Of a stretch of 64,000 nt of DNA, positions 1 through 12,710 are shown in pieces; the stretch's first letter is position 1, and every line of letters starts with the position of its first letter. The DNA is taken from contig BQFW01000011.1 of assembly GCA_020891255.1 (NCBI GenBank), positions 1,798,001-1,862,000 on the forward strand. Direction: 5' to 3'. The notes beneath the pieces are model-generated. The model ran no database searches and had not been told where the DNA came from. It worked only from the letters and a program-made list of their open reading frames with translations. The DNA is from Entomortierella parvispora E1425. Lineage: Eukaryota; Fungi; Mortierellomycota. The position numbers and the translations under genes are program-made.

Positions 1-2650
1 CTCCTCTGCACCTTCTTCGGCAGCGGTCCTGAGGGACCCTCCAGCAAAAACTTCCATATCTGCACCTGCTTGGAGAAGTACCCTAAGTATCTCTGTATGG
101 CCCTTCTGAGCGGCCATCTCGGCTGCATTCTCTCTGAACGCGTGAACATTGGCTCCATAATCCAACAGAAGTTGAACCATCCGAAGGTCATTCCCGAGGA
201 CTGCGTATCGGAGCGCTCTATCTTCGTCCTTTTGTACCAAAAGTCCACCTGCCAAGACGAGTTTGGCTCTTCGAGTGGCGGGGGTGGCGCTGTGAAAGAC
301 CGAGGATTCTTGCTCTAATTGCGCACCTCGATCCTGGGCATAGTCCAGTAAAGCTTTGACAGTGTCGTAATGTGATTGTGAATAGGCCACCTCAAAGGCC
401 TTGTTAAGTCCATATTCTGAGGGTACATAGTCCGGCTGTTGCAGTAACACAGTGGCGATTTCTAATCGCATTGTCGTATGACAATGTGCAAGGGAAAAAA
501 AGAGAGGTCAGGCCCAGCAAATACTTTGGACGTTGAATGTGATCACACCCTCATTGTTGCTTTGTTGACGTTGATCCCACGGTGTTGAAGTGTTTGCTAT
601 TCTTGGTCGATGACAGGCCCTAACCACATTGTGCAGCACATCAAGAAGGGAATCGTCCCGCTCTGTGCAACTCCAGAATGACAATGGCGCAATACCAGGA
701 TCCTGCTCAAAATGATTCAGCTCCAAAAAAAAAAAAAAAAAAAAGTCCGATGATCATTTTCGACATGCTTCCTTGTTCTCACGATTCTACTGCATGTCTG
801 TCCGCGTGCTTGCTGGACTCGGTTGATGGTTTTCGAGTCGAGCGTTGTGTGAAGGATGATGTCGGCCTTTCTTACCATAGCACCCGTTCTGAGCCGCTTC
901 CCGCAAGGACCAGTCATGATTGAGTTTGAGGTCCAGTCTTGGCTGACACTGGAGAATTTGGATCACCAGATCCTTGCATCCCTTTGCGCATGCCCACCGG
1001 AAGCTGTCGTGTGGTTAAGTTCAAATGAGAGGTAAGTAAGAGCAACAGAAGACATGCATGGCCAATGAAACCAACGATGGCTCAACAGCGATCCCCAAGA
1101 AGACGAATAACAACAACAGCTCCAATCCAATCCTAGCCTTGTCCATCCGCGTGCATGCTGTTATCGATTAAAAGACTAAAAAAAAAGGCCCAAGCTGACA
1201 AAGTGCCCATGTGCACAATGATGGTGGGGTTCCACTGGACTGGTCCTGATCGAATGCACGGCAGACACGTCTTTCTTATGCTTCTTTCTCAACCCGTTCT
1301 CTCTATTGTTGCTCTTCTTCCCCCCCTTCTTTGACGCCCAACGTCTTGCTTCCCCCTCCTCAAGGGACTGTGGGTAAATGACGGTAAAAAGAAAAAACAA
1401 AAGAAAAAAGCTAATTCTGACCGCAACAGGTCTGCTGCCTTGGTCGCAGCGTGTTTTTGCTCTCGCCTCTCTTTTCTCTTTTCTTCTGGTCCCTTTTGTT
1501 GATCGCCCTCTTTTTTTGCTTTTTGTTGTTTGTCCTGTTATCGCCTGCTTGATCTCTGTCCAACAGAATTCCACCGTTGGGCCATCCCCCTACTTTCACA
1601 GGCGGACCTTTGTGTGCTTGGTCATTTTGCTGCCACCCCTTGTCACTTTTGGGGAATAAAAGTTATAAAATGACCTTCTCTGTCACTTGTCACTCTCTTC
1701 TGATTGCCTTGGAATAGAACAAAGTCCAGTTGGTGCTCTGGCGTGGCCCAAGCTCCTTTTTTGTTAAACGATCCTTACCACTCGAGTGATCATCTTCATT
1801 AATTATTCCTCTCTTTTTCCTTCTTCCTTCCTCCCAACCCATTGCCTCACACGATCGAACTAAAAAAACAATATAGCAAAAAAATACGAGACAAACATGA
1901 AGGGACAGCATGAAGGGAAAGCATGATAACTTACATGAACTCTGTTGGGTCTCGGAATGAGGCCCCCTTCGCGATCAAGAACGAGACCACGTTGGCGTTG
2001 ATGATGGAGCTCGTCAGCTTGTGGCCCTCCACGGTCTTGCGCGTCAGCACTTGATCACCTCCATGGAATCCCCACAGGAACTGCGCCCGTAGAAACGGAG
2101 ATTGAGAGAGCCTGTGGATCTGTCGACAGCTCTGGATAAAGCTCTTGGGTCCACAGATCAGATGACAGAGAATCTGCTCCAGAATCTCGGTCGGGAGGTC
2201 CAGCAGGGTCACTGACTTGTTTTTTAGCTTTTCGTGGGCCATGGTTGTAGTTGATGTTGTGGCTGCATCTGCTGCTGGTGTCATCGTTGCGGTGGTTGTC
2301 GTGTGAGAAGGGGAGACAGGAAGAGGATGGGAGGGAGATATCGAGGCACATGGTTGTTCTTGTTCTTGTTCTTGTTGGGACAGACTCGGCGTCATGTTTG
2401 CGTCTGTTCCTGCTTGCTCCGTTACTGCTGTGTGCACTGTGCATTCTGGCAGGGTCAAAGGACACGCCGCTGTCGGTATCCTGCATGTTGACTCGGTTAT
2501 ACTTGTTGGGGCAGAGAAGCAGGACTGCTGCTCATCGCTGTTGCGATCGACAGTGTTGGATGAGAATGAAAAGAGAACGTCGGAAGAGTGTGTTACTGAG
2601 GAAGAAAAAGAAGAGAGTGGCGAGTTACAGTCTGCTGGCGGATTGGCCAT
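1..2650 (-). CDS. F-box plus ankyrin-repeat protein, 3' end outside window; exons 2650-1935, 1003-876, 461-327, 248-<1
   Basis: F-box motif LLDLPTEILEQILCHL in exon 1. GT-AG splicing keeps frame into ankyrin repeats: FRWACAKGCKDLVIQIL, LREAAQNGCYEIATVLL, ALRYAVLGNDLRMVQLLLDYGANVHA, AAQKGHTEILRVLLQAGAD. Start ATG uncertain (2650 or a downstream Met). Confidence 0.8.
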
Positions 2651-3482
2651 CGGTAGAACGTGGAGCGCAGGAAACGGGTGAAGGGGCGAGAAGAGGAAGA
2701 AACAAGAGAAAATGATGGCAGCAGAGAGACGAGTGAGGAGAGAGGCAGACGGCAGGAGAGATGAGTGAGTGTGGTGAGTGAGTAAGTGAGGTCTGTGTCG
2801 TGTGTGGGGGTGCCAGAGAGTCAGTGGCGTGAGAGTTGGAGAGTGAAGAGAGAAGAAAGAAGAGAGACACCTCGTTTTGTCCGTTGTGGAGTAAGTGGGG
2901 AAAGCTGCTGGGGAGAAACACCTTTTTTTTTTCTTTTTTACATCTTTCTCAAAGTGCTCTCTCTCTCTGACTGAATGACTTTATTTCGGTCTCTCACTCG
3001 CCCTTCGTGCTACCACCGTCGTCGCTCTTCAGAACGTCCGTTTCCGACTCGCTCTTGGTCACGACGGTCGGGTCAAGTCTGCGATTCCGCAGCGCGGGCG
3101 AGTCTCGACGTGGACGCCGGCGAGGCACGCTTTCTTACTACAAGATTCCACTCTCTTGTCTTTTGTGAAGTTTGGATCATTGCAATGAGATCGCCCAACT
3201 GTTTGTGTTCCCTGCTGGTGGTGAAGAATTCGAGTCGAGACAATCCTTCTCCCCTTATTCTGTTCGATTCCGAAGCTTGCGAGTTGAGGACCCTTTCCAG
3301 TGGGATTGACGTGCCTCTCTCGTTGTCTTCATATGTGTTTATCAGAGACGCGTTCAGCTGTACTTAAAACAATAGACCCTTTGCGTTATTGCCAAACGAT
3401 TGTAACGTTTGTCAAGGCCATATCCTGGGTGAGAGGTCAAAAATAGCCACAATGGCGCCTTCTGGCAGGGTGGCTTAGATAA

Positions 3483-3494
3483 AATCACGTGATT
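3483..3494. promoter_or_regulatory. Palindromic E-box AATCACGTGATT upstream of TRM61
   Basis: Perfect 12-bp palindrome with CACGTG core, about 60 bp before the ATG at 3557; bHLH-type site by consensus only. Confidence 0.35.
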
Positions 3495-3556
3495 CAGATC
3501 AAGGTTTTGGTGGCAACAGCGAAATCATCCTTCTGTTTTCTCCATTGCACTCGACC

Positions 3557-4939
3557 ATGGCATCGACCTCCGCTTCCTCGTCCTCTGCGATCGCACCCGC
3601 AGCAACAACCCACAGCTTTGCACGCTATAAAGCGAACAATATTGTGGAGGATGGCGATCTGGTTGTGCTCTACTTGGTACTTGCTTGACTCTTGCATCCT
3701 ATTTCATATCACGAACCCTCAGCTGGGTCCCATCTGCTGTTGCTGACCATGACATTTACTCCTCAAATACGATGCCAACTAGAGCAAGGAGAATGTCATC
3801 CTCATTCGGGTCGATGTTAATGAAACCTTTAACTGCAAATTTGGAAGCTATCGCCATGCGGATATGATCGGTCTTGAATACGGCACCAAACTCGGATCCA
3901 ACACTGGACGTGGATTCCTCTATCTCCTCTTTCCTACCCCAGAGCTTTGGACCTTGATCCTTCCTCACCGGACGCAGATCCTTTACGTGGCCGACATCTC
4001 GTTTATTATGAACTTCTTAAATCTCAAACCGGGCATGTCCATGATTGAATCCGGTACTGGATCTGGCTCTTTTTCTCACTCCATTGCGCGCACGCTGGCT
4101 CCTACAGGCCATTTGTATTCGTTTGAATATCATCAAGAACGCGTTAATGCCGCGACAAAGGAATTCGAAGATCATGGGCTCTCGGACATGATTACGCTGA
4201 GACGCAGAGATGTTTGCAAAGATGGCTTTGACCTCGTGGATCGGGTCGATGCAGGTAATTTTTATTTTCTTTTTTTGGTTCATTTTTGTTCTTTTCGTTT
4301 ATTACTGCTCCCATGCTGACAACACACACACTATTTTTTTTTTTTTTGCGATTTTTTTCTCTTTTAGTCTTTTTGGATCTTCCTGCCCCTTGGGAGGCGG
4401 TCGCCTCTGCGAAACGCGCCTTCAAGAAAAACAAGATTGGCAAGATTTGCACATTTAGTCCTTGCATCGAGCAGATTTCCAAAACTGTCACGGCCTTGAG
4501 TGAACACAAGTTTGTGGACATCCAGATGTATGAGTGCTTGATTCGGTTCCAAGAAGTTCGGATCTTGCCCATCTTGACCATCGAGGAGGCCATGGAGAAG
4601 GAGCGGATTCATGAGAGCAAGCGACAAAGAGCTCTGCCCCGTGTTCTTCGCGATTCGTACTTGAAAGCGACAGCAAAGGCGAACGAGGACGAAGAGCTAC
4701 CACCTGCGAAGCACATGAAGATTGAGAAGGGTCAGGAGGAAGAGAACAGCAACAAGGACAACGACGACACAAATAAGAAGGATCAGTCTTTGTCAGGGAC
4801 CCCTGCAGAGTTTGAGGCGAGTGGCAAGACTGTCACCATCACAAAACTTCCTGTGGAACAACGCGGCCACACGAGTTATCTTCTCTTTGCCACGTTACCG
4901 CCTTCCGTTGACTCTCTGCCTGTCGTCACGTTGGAGTAA
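3557..4939 (+). CDS. TRM61: tRNA (adenine58-N1)-methyltransferase catalytic subunit; exons 3557-3676, 3783-4254, 4368-4939
   Basis: Motifs LFPTPELWTLILPHRTQILY, MIESGTGSGSFSHSIARTLAPTGHLYSFEYH, VFLDLPAPW, CTFSPCIEQI and GHTSYLLFA; canonical GT-AG introns preserve the frame. Confidence 0.95.
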
Positions 4940-5171
4940 AGAGAAAAAAAATGAACAAATAGGGCGTAATGGGTCCAAAGGCGATTTGGCGACTGTCATC
5001 ATGATTGGAGTTTTTTTTTTTGTTTTTTTGTTTTTCCTTGCATGAATCTGTCTGTCCGTTCAAATGTTTTGTGTCCCTTGAGGCCGTCAGTTGTCAATTT
5101 TGCAATGGTTTGTTTCTATTAAGGTCTTCAATGGACTGGTCCTTCAAAGGGTGGGGTGTCTATTAAGGTCT

Positions 5172-7436
5172 CTAGTTGCTAGTCTTTTCGAGGATGCACC
5201 ACCAATTATCACGATCGTAGCCATTTTGGACAATAGTGGCCTTGTTGGTCTTTGTGATCAAATCCTCCAGCTCGCCCTTTTGGAAAAGATGGTAGTACCG
5301 ATTGTATACAGGGGCAGCGGCCTCTGGGGAAGATGTTGCAGACGAGGGCGATGCGCTGGACTCTTGTGGTTGCTGTTGTGCATTGGATGCAGGTGCGGAC
5401 GAGGACGACAAGGCAGTCGCTGCATCACCTGCAGGGGCCGAGCTTGATCCTCCCTCCTGTTCCTGCGGCATTTCAGCCTTATGGTCCTCCTTCTTGTCCA
5501 AAGATACATCTTGAAGGGCCTGGGCGAGAACCGCAGTCGTTTCAGTAGCAGTCGTCTCGTTGGCCTCTCCTTCCTTCTTTGCCTCCTCCTCTCCGTTCTC
5601 CTTCTCCTTGTCCCCTTCCTCTCCTCCCTTTGGATGCTTCTTTCTGTCCTTTTTCTTGACACCCTGCGGCCTAGATGGAGCCTTGACCTTGATTTTGGGT
5701 TCAGCCTTCTTGGGCATTGCCCAGGGGACAAACACGTCCTGAACATCCTTGTCAAAGTCACGCTTCCCTGTTTGCTCCAAAGCCCAGACAAAGATCAAAA
5801 CTCGACCGCCCAAACGCACCACCCTCAAGATTTCCTCGATCGCGGCTACCCGCCGCTCGGGTGAAATGAAATGATGGATTACTGCAATCGAGATGGCAAA
5901 GTCCTAATACAATAATAATAATAAAAAAAAGGGTAAAAAAAACCAAAATTTGCATGGCCGATCGACGGATGAGGAAGGGGGAAAGAAACAGGGCAGAAGG
6001 AGAAACAGAGGGGGAAAAAAAAGGTGTATGAGCGTGTGTGCGTGTGTGTATGTATATGTGAGCGATAGGTAGGGATAGGGAGAGAAAAGGTGCATGCATA
6101 GAAACGACAGGGTATCGGTTAGGTTCTCATTCATTCGTCTGCATTCAATCATGTTTTTTTTGTCTTCTTCTTGGTGTCTTTTTTCCTGTTATGTTGTCCG
6201 TTTCGCTCAACTGCATGATATTCTTTTTTGGCAACAAACAATTGCTTCACATCTGCAGATGCAATTTATCTCTCACTCGTTCTCTCTCCGTGCCCAGGGC
6301 CCCAATTGGTGGATGTTGATGTTGATGTTGAGGTTGTAGTTGCTGTTGCGTGTTGTTGTTTGTTGTTGTTTGTTGTGTGTCGCATTTTGCTTCCTATAGC
6401 TTTTCTATCCGTTCACCTCATCTTCATGCAGTCATCAGTCAAAACTTACAAAGAATTCGGGTCTATAAGGAAGCGAGAGTCCATCACAGACCATGGCCTC
6501 GTGTCCACGTTCACCACAGATGCTGATCAAATTAGAGCTCCTGTGATTTTCACATCGGCCCAAACGACCAAAAAGGAAAGGATGGGTGAATGGAAAGAGA
6601 AAGGGCACGAGAAGGGGAGTCAGTCAGCATGGGTCACAATTTCTTTTTCACGCGCCTCCAAGGATTGGAAATGAAGAAAAAAGACAAGAAAACAACAACA
6701 AACAGAAACAAAGGCCAGGCAGGCAGGCAGGCAGGCAAATCATTGCGTAGATGACATAGAAAAAGAGAGCAAAGGGGGGGAAAAAAAAAAGAGTATTTTA
6801 CCTATCGGATCCGACCATAAACAACTTTGGGTTGACGCCAATGTACTTTCCGTTCCCGCAGCCAACATCTGCCCCAACGTAGCCTGGGGGCATGGTGGTC
6901 AGAAACTCTTCGACCACAGGCCATGGCTGATTTGGAACAGAAAAGAGAAGAAGATATAAATTAATTAGTGTCCCCATGCACGGGTGGACAGAGACGGACA
7001 GACAGGAGGGCAGAGCGAGAAAAGATACGACCACGCCCAAGCCCAAGGGAAAGGGAAGAAAAAGGAATCGATTTTGATCCCGAGATCAGGGTGCGGAGCA
7101 AATAACGGAATTAATGAATGAGAGGATACACAGAGGGACAGGAAAGGCAAGTGTCCGCGGATCGAGTGGGGGAGGAGAGAGGGGGGGAAGGAAGGGAAGG
7201 GAAGGGGGACCAAGGGAAAAGAAAATGAGCCAAGGAAAAAAAAGAAAGAAAAAAAACGAGAAAATATAAATAAACACAACACACACCTTGTAGCGTGTGG
7301 CCGAGAAATGGGGAGCAATGACTTGGTAGACATCGTGAACGTATTGCTGCTCCTTCTGCTCGGGCGTCATGGCCGGCTCTTGGACACGGAAGGGCGAAGG
7401 CACATGGAGGGGGTTCTTTTGCGGGGGAGCAGCCAT
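5172..7436 (-). CDS. TRM9: tRNA wobble-uridine carboxymethyl methyltransferase (Trm9/ALKBH8 MTase domain); exons 7436-7287, 6926-6802, 6540-6450, 5903-5172
   Basis: [93 protein letters not shown]; splice phases are consistent. Confidence 0.93.
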
Positions 7437-8082
7437 TGGCGGACAGAGATGGATTGTCTATGGGGTGATTGCAATGGCAGAATAGAAAGGAGGAAAAGAG
7501 ACAAAGAGAGACAGACAGACGGACGGGCCAGAAACAGAACAGAATAATCGTGACAGCATTCAATGAAATTCAATGAAAGAAGGAAAGAAAGAAAGGAACA
7601 CCTCTTGCACGGCGAGAGAGAGACACCGAGAGACACTCACTCACTGCACGCACACACACCGTCTGTCGGTCTGCGTCTGTGTCTGTCTGTCTGTCTGGGT
7701 GCCTTTCTTTTCTTTCTTTCGTTCTTTCTTTCTTTCCTCCCTTCCACTTTCCCACTCTTTCCTTGTTCTCTCTTCTCTTTCTTCCTTCCTTCCTTCCTTC
7801 CTTTCTTCACCTTCACTTCACCTTCTTCCCTCCCTTCTTTTCCCCCTTCTCCTTCCTCCTCCTCCTCCTCACAGCCTCAGAACACGCGCGCACCCCCCCC
7901 GCCCCCCCGACCTGAATCGTCCTTCTCTTTCCCCTCTTTTGGACGTGCATTCTTCCCTCAATCTCAATCTCGGTCGCATCCCAACCCCCTCGCGTCATTG
8001 CAGCTAAAGCGACTCGACCCTCTCATCCCTTCATACCTCCTGGACACAGATCCTCCCAGGACTCACCACAGCGAATGTCCTC

Positions 8083-11000
8083 ATGTCCTTCAAAGAAAAG
8101 TACCTGAGATTGCGCGAGCGCTTCGACAGGGTCTCTGCGGTAAGGCACACCAGTTTGGCGTCGTCCGTGTTCGTTCTTTTCTCTGTTGGCCTCTGTCCTC
8201 TCTGCAGTTCTTTTTCTAACAGCCTTGCATAATGTTGTGGACAAACAATGACAGACCCAGCGTCAGTACACAACCGACCTCCAGTCTGCACGCAACAAGA
8301 CCCGAAGGCTCAAGGACGAGAACAAGTAAGTCTGACAGCCCTTCACTTTCCTTTCCCTCCCAATGAGGGGCGCGCCCTGGCTCGAGCGCGCTGCATCCTG
8401 GCTGCTCTTCTTCCTGGATTCCTTCCTCCCTTTCCGAACCATGCCAGGTGGCCATCACATCATCGCCTCCGCCACCACCGTGCAGCAACAGCTGCGACGG
8501 CATAGAACCCAAAACCCCTTGGCTGCCGTTGGGCCGATCCTTTTCGTTCCCTTTTATTTTATTCATTTTTCTCCATTTCGTACCCCTCCTCCCCCCTCGC
8601 TCTCCTGTGTCAGTTTTTTTGTGTCTTTCTACGGGTGCTCATAGGAACTTCTCTAATCTTTTCTAAAATGAACGCACTAGCCACCTCCTCGACCTTCTGA
8701 GCGATATCCAACAGATGACAGGCTCTGGGTAATTTGCCAACCCTCATTTATTGCAGGAGCCGCTGTCCTACGTGAGGCAAAGCAGGATGATCGTCATTTT
8801 CCTTCAGAGTTTCTAACGTTCAAGACTCCCACGTTACCCTTTTTTCATAATTAGACCAACAACTGATAGTGACACATCCATGGACGATCTCAGCGACGAC
8901 GACGACGAAGACGATGACGACGACAGTATGCGTCCCAGAACACAAACGGACGTTCGTACAACCACAACGAATCGTCCTACCACCACACCATCAGCCAGGA
9001 ATCGCAAAGGTGAATTTTCAACCATAACGACACAATAGGAACGGATGGGGTTTCGTGATCATATAATTCAACCCGTCATTCTGGAGCGGCGCGCGGCAGT
9101 GAACATTACCCACCCCTTCCTTCTTTCCAAATTACTGATCCTCTCTTTTAATCTCTAATTTATGGTTTGAACACGCGCGTTCTCCTTCCTATAGACAATA
9201 ACCAGACTGGATATGAAGGCAATGGCCATGCAGAGGCGGGGCGTGATAACGGACAAAGATCAAATCACAATGGAAACTATTCTCAGCAAGACCGTCATGA
9301 CATCCGTTTACAACAGGAGCCAATGCAGTACCAACCGCAGCAGCAACAACCACAACAGCAGCCGCAACAGCCGCAACAACAGCAAAGTAGCACTGCCTCC
9401 AGCACTGTCAACAATGGTTCGTCCAACATGAAACAGGAGAGGGCGGAGGGCGAGGCTCCACCGAAGCAGACACGAAGAGCAACGGCAAGTTGTTAACAAG
9501 TCAATACCAAATCCCAAAAAAAGAGAAAAAAAAAAAGAACAAGAAAAAGAAAAACACAAATCAATCTAGAAATAACCAAATAACAGGCGAGATGCTGGGG
9601 GACAAAGGGAGGGGAGAGAAGAGGGGGGATAAAATACACACACATACACACGAGCAGGATCGAGCAAAAGGTCAAGAGTCCATCGAAAGCTCATACCTGA
9701 TTTGTCTCTATTCATATAGAAACGAGCAGATCGCGGTCGACCCCGCGCCGTCGTCCCTCTCAAGACAAACCCTGACGGAACACTCAACTATCCTGTTGTT
9801 GTCGGCAGAGGAACGAATGAAGTCATTATCGAAAACATGGGTATGTATATACTCTTGTGTCCTCATATCCCCACGGTGGTTGAAGGTGGTTTGGGTATAT
9901 GAACGTGAGGGGGACCTGAGGACCCAAGATTGCAAATCGGATCTGGCGTAATCGTATTGCAAGGGTGAAAGTTGCGGACAGAAACAATAACATGAAAACG
10001 AACAAAAAAGATCCTACTTTTGGCTAACGCTTCCTGCGCGCTGGACGTCGTGGTAGGGCGAATCGTCTGGAACGGACGAGGATACCATAATCACCGGTAC
10101 ATCTTCCCGGTGGGATTCCGCAGCAAAAAACAATATACCTCGCTCTCGGACACATCCAAGAAGACCTATTTCATCAGCGAAATCCTGGACGGCGGAGAAC
10201 AGCCCATCGTACGCATCCTTCCTTCCACTCTCCCTCCCCTTTTTTTCTCTTCTTCCATTTTTTGAACCCGTCTTCGAACTTTACAGATTACTGCTGATCG
10301 TGGTGAAGTCATGCTGACGATATTCTTTTTGCCTCTATTTAATGTTCTTTGGCCTTTTGCCGGCAAAAAAGTTTCAAATCACGCTGGAGGATATGCCCGA
10401 AAAGGTCTTTCAGCACTCTTCTTCCAGTGGCGCATGGGAGTTGGCACTCAAGGGACTCATGGAGTTAGGCTTTAATGCAAAAACACACGCCTCTGGGCCT
10501 GACATGTACGGCCTGACGAACCTAGGTGTGATCAAATATATCCAAGAGATGCCCAACGCACATCGATGTCGGCGATACATGCCTCTGAAATGGATCGTGG
10601 AGGAAGACGATGACAATGCAGATTCATCTTCTCATGCTGGATCGGTTGGACCAGGAAGCAAATCCCCTGGCAGGAAGAAAAAGATCAATAACAGCCTCTA
10701 CGCCAGCAACCACGAAGTGCTCGTGTCGACGATGGAGGAGGCTCGCAACAAGGAGAGGGACAGGGATCTTTTGGCCTCAAAGCCATATCAAGTACGAAAA
10801 TACACGAAACGCAAGCCCAACCCGCCACCTGCCCCGCCTACCGATCCTTTTGTGGTATCCACCTCTTCATCCATGCAGGCGCAATCATCCCCCAGAGAAA
10901 GAATTGGATACAGAGAGGAGGAGCATCAAGGGCCTTGGATGAATGTTAAACAAGAGTCGACTATGGATACCGCCACCGCGTCGTCCTCTGCTTCATCATC

Positions 11001-11178
11001 GTCCAACATGGCTTATTCGGATCGTATGTACATGGAGCCTCAACGCGTTCCGTTACTCAGTCCAAGCCAAAAAGAGTCGGCACACCATCACCACCATCCT
11101 CATCATCATCATCAGGACCAGCACTATCGCCCACAGCATCGCGGCCATCCTCATGACAACTCTATTCACGAGCCTTGA
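8083..11178 (+). CDS. FYRN/FYRC-domain chromatin protein (TBRG1-like); exons 8083-8139, 8255-8325, 8681-8728, 8855-9009, 9195-9484, 9720-9840, 10057-10208, 10372-11178
   Basis: N-terminal coiled coil MSFKEKYLRLRERF; FYRN GRIVWNGRGYHNHRYIFPVGFRSKKQYTSL...SEILDGGEQP; FYRC SSSGAWELAL...SGPDMYGLTNLGVIKYIQEMPNAHRCRRY. One GC-AG intron is needed; the start codon is tentative. Confidence 0.8.
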
Positions 11179-11825
11179 TTTCGGCAAAAACAGGACCCTC
11201 TTTTCTTTTCTCTCTTTTTTTCCCCCCTCACTTGTGATATCAATCTTCTTTTCACCCATTTCTCACCTTCACCTTTGTCTTTTTATTCTTTCGAGTTTTT
11301 AAAAAAAGAGTGCGCCCCACTCTTTTTTTCTTTTCTCCTCCCCACCATTGTTCTTATACTCTCGTCGTAGAGAAATCCGTACATCATACTCCTTGTATAC
11401 ATAATCTTCTGCCCTGGAAATTGTGCAAGAAAACTGCTCCTGCTTCTTATGGCGACTTCATAGTTCTTCACCATAGTTCCTTGCTCCTTCCCCTCTTGTT
11501 TCAGTGTTTAGCTCTTCTTTACATACATATACCGTCCTGTCCATACGAGAACCCCAAAAAAGATGGTCTCTTCACTCTAGTCGGTCTAATTGGATGTGTG
11601 CCTCCTTTTGCGCCATTCAAGTCCAAATGTTGATGCGAGATTAAAACCGCCCTTGCTGGTAACTTTGCTGATATAGTCTCGCATGTCCTTGATCAATGAC
11701 TCCATGCTCTCAACTTTATCCATTGTACTCCTCGCTGCTGGGGGGTGCGGCCATTTTTGTTGTGTTGACATTTTTAATGAGGTTTCTGACTGGCTAGTTC
11801 CTGAATGAGTGTGGTGAGGTCTTCT

Positions 11826-12427
11826 CTAAACCTCGTGCTCAGCCAACAGCATGTTGGGGATACCATCACGGATAACATAGATGTGTTGGCAATTTGGGCA
11901 GACCATCTTTCCGGATCTGATGTGGGTCTAAAAGAATAAAGGGCGGAGACAATCCTGGGGTGTGAGTAACAGTAAAAGCTAAACCCTCGATTGCAAGTGC
12001 CAGTCATCCTTCTGTTGTTTACCTCAAGAATAACGCGGTGGAGGATCTGGAGGAACTCGTCGTTGTAGGCGGCATCCGCGGGCATTGTTGCTGGGAGATC
12101 GTTGATATCGAGCTGAATGGAAATTAATCGCGAAAAAACAAAGGGAGAATCATTAACACGATTGTTCTTCTCTCGGTAGCTTTTTGCGCCTTCTTGTTCA
12201 AGTGTTTTTGTCGATGGGGGGGAGGAAACGTCGAGCGTCCGTCATACCTTCAAGCAGGTGGCGACCAAGGCCTCGTATTCAATCTTTCCAAGCATGTTTC
12301 TCAAAAAGTCCTCGTTGAGCTCTGCCTCCTCCTGTTCCAGCACGACCTCCTGGAGCTGAAGGGGGAAGTTGTTGGCGTTGCATCCCTTGACGTGGCACTG
12401 GAGCATGTTGTGTGTGATAAGTCTCAT
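11826..12427 (-). CDS. TRM112: Multifunctional methyltransferase activator subunit; exons 12427-12248, 12112-12023, 11927-11826
   Basis: MRLITHNMLQCHVKGC...FPL, LHRVILETHIRSGKMVCPNCQHIYVIRDGIPNMLLAEHEV*: hallmark Trm112 termini. Confidence 0.97.
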
Positions 12428-12710
12428 GTTGGGATATATATGTATATGAAAGGGAGATGGATTAGATGAAGAGAAGGGCACAGTCTGTCGATGAAGTCCT
12501 TGTGAAGATGCAGTGGATGAATGAATGAACTGAGTCTTGAATGCAAGCGCAGGTAAAAGAAGAGAAAAAAAAAAAAAGAAAAAAAAAATTCAACAATACT
12601 AAGCCACGGGGATCCAGCTGGGCCGTTGAATTTCATTTTTTTTTTTTTTTTTTGTGCCCTCACTCTTGACCTTGCATTAGAGACACATCTCCATTCATTA
12701 CCTCTCCCTC
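12428..12710. promoter_or_regulatory. Putative bidirectional promoter between TRM112 and TRM11
   Basis: 283 bp between divergent ATGs; inverted 9-mer AAATTCAAC (12586-12594) / GTTGAATTT (12625-12633) flanked by a poly(A) tract on the left and a poly(T) tract on the right. Confidence 0.6.

Noticed and set aside
1004-1934. Several 60-130 aa ORFs in the ORF track
   Set aside because: They lie inside intron 1 of the F-box/ankyrin gene and are products of pyrimidine/purine-rich low-complexity sequence.
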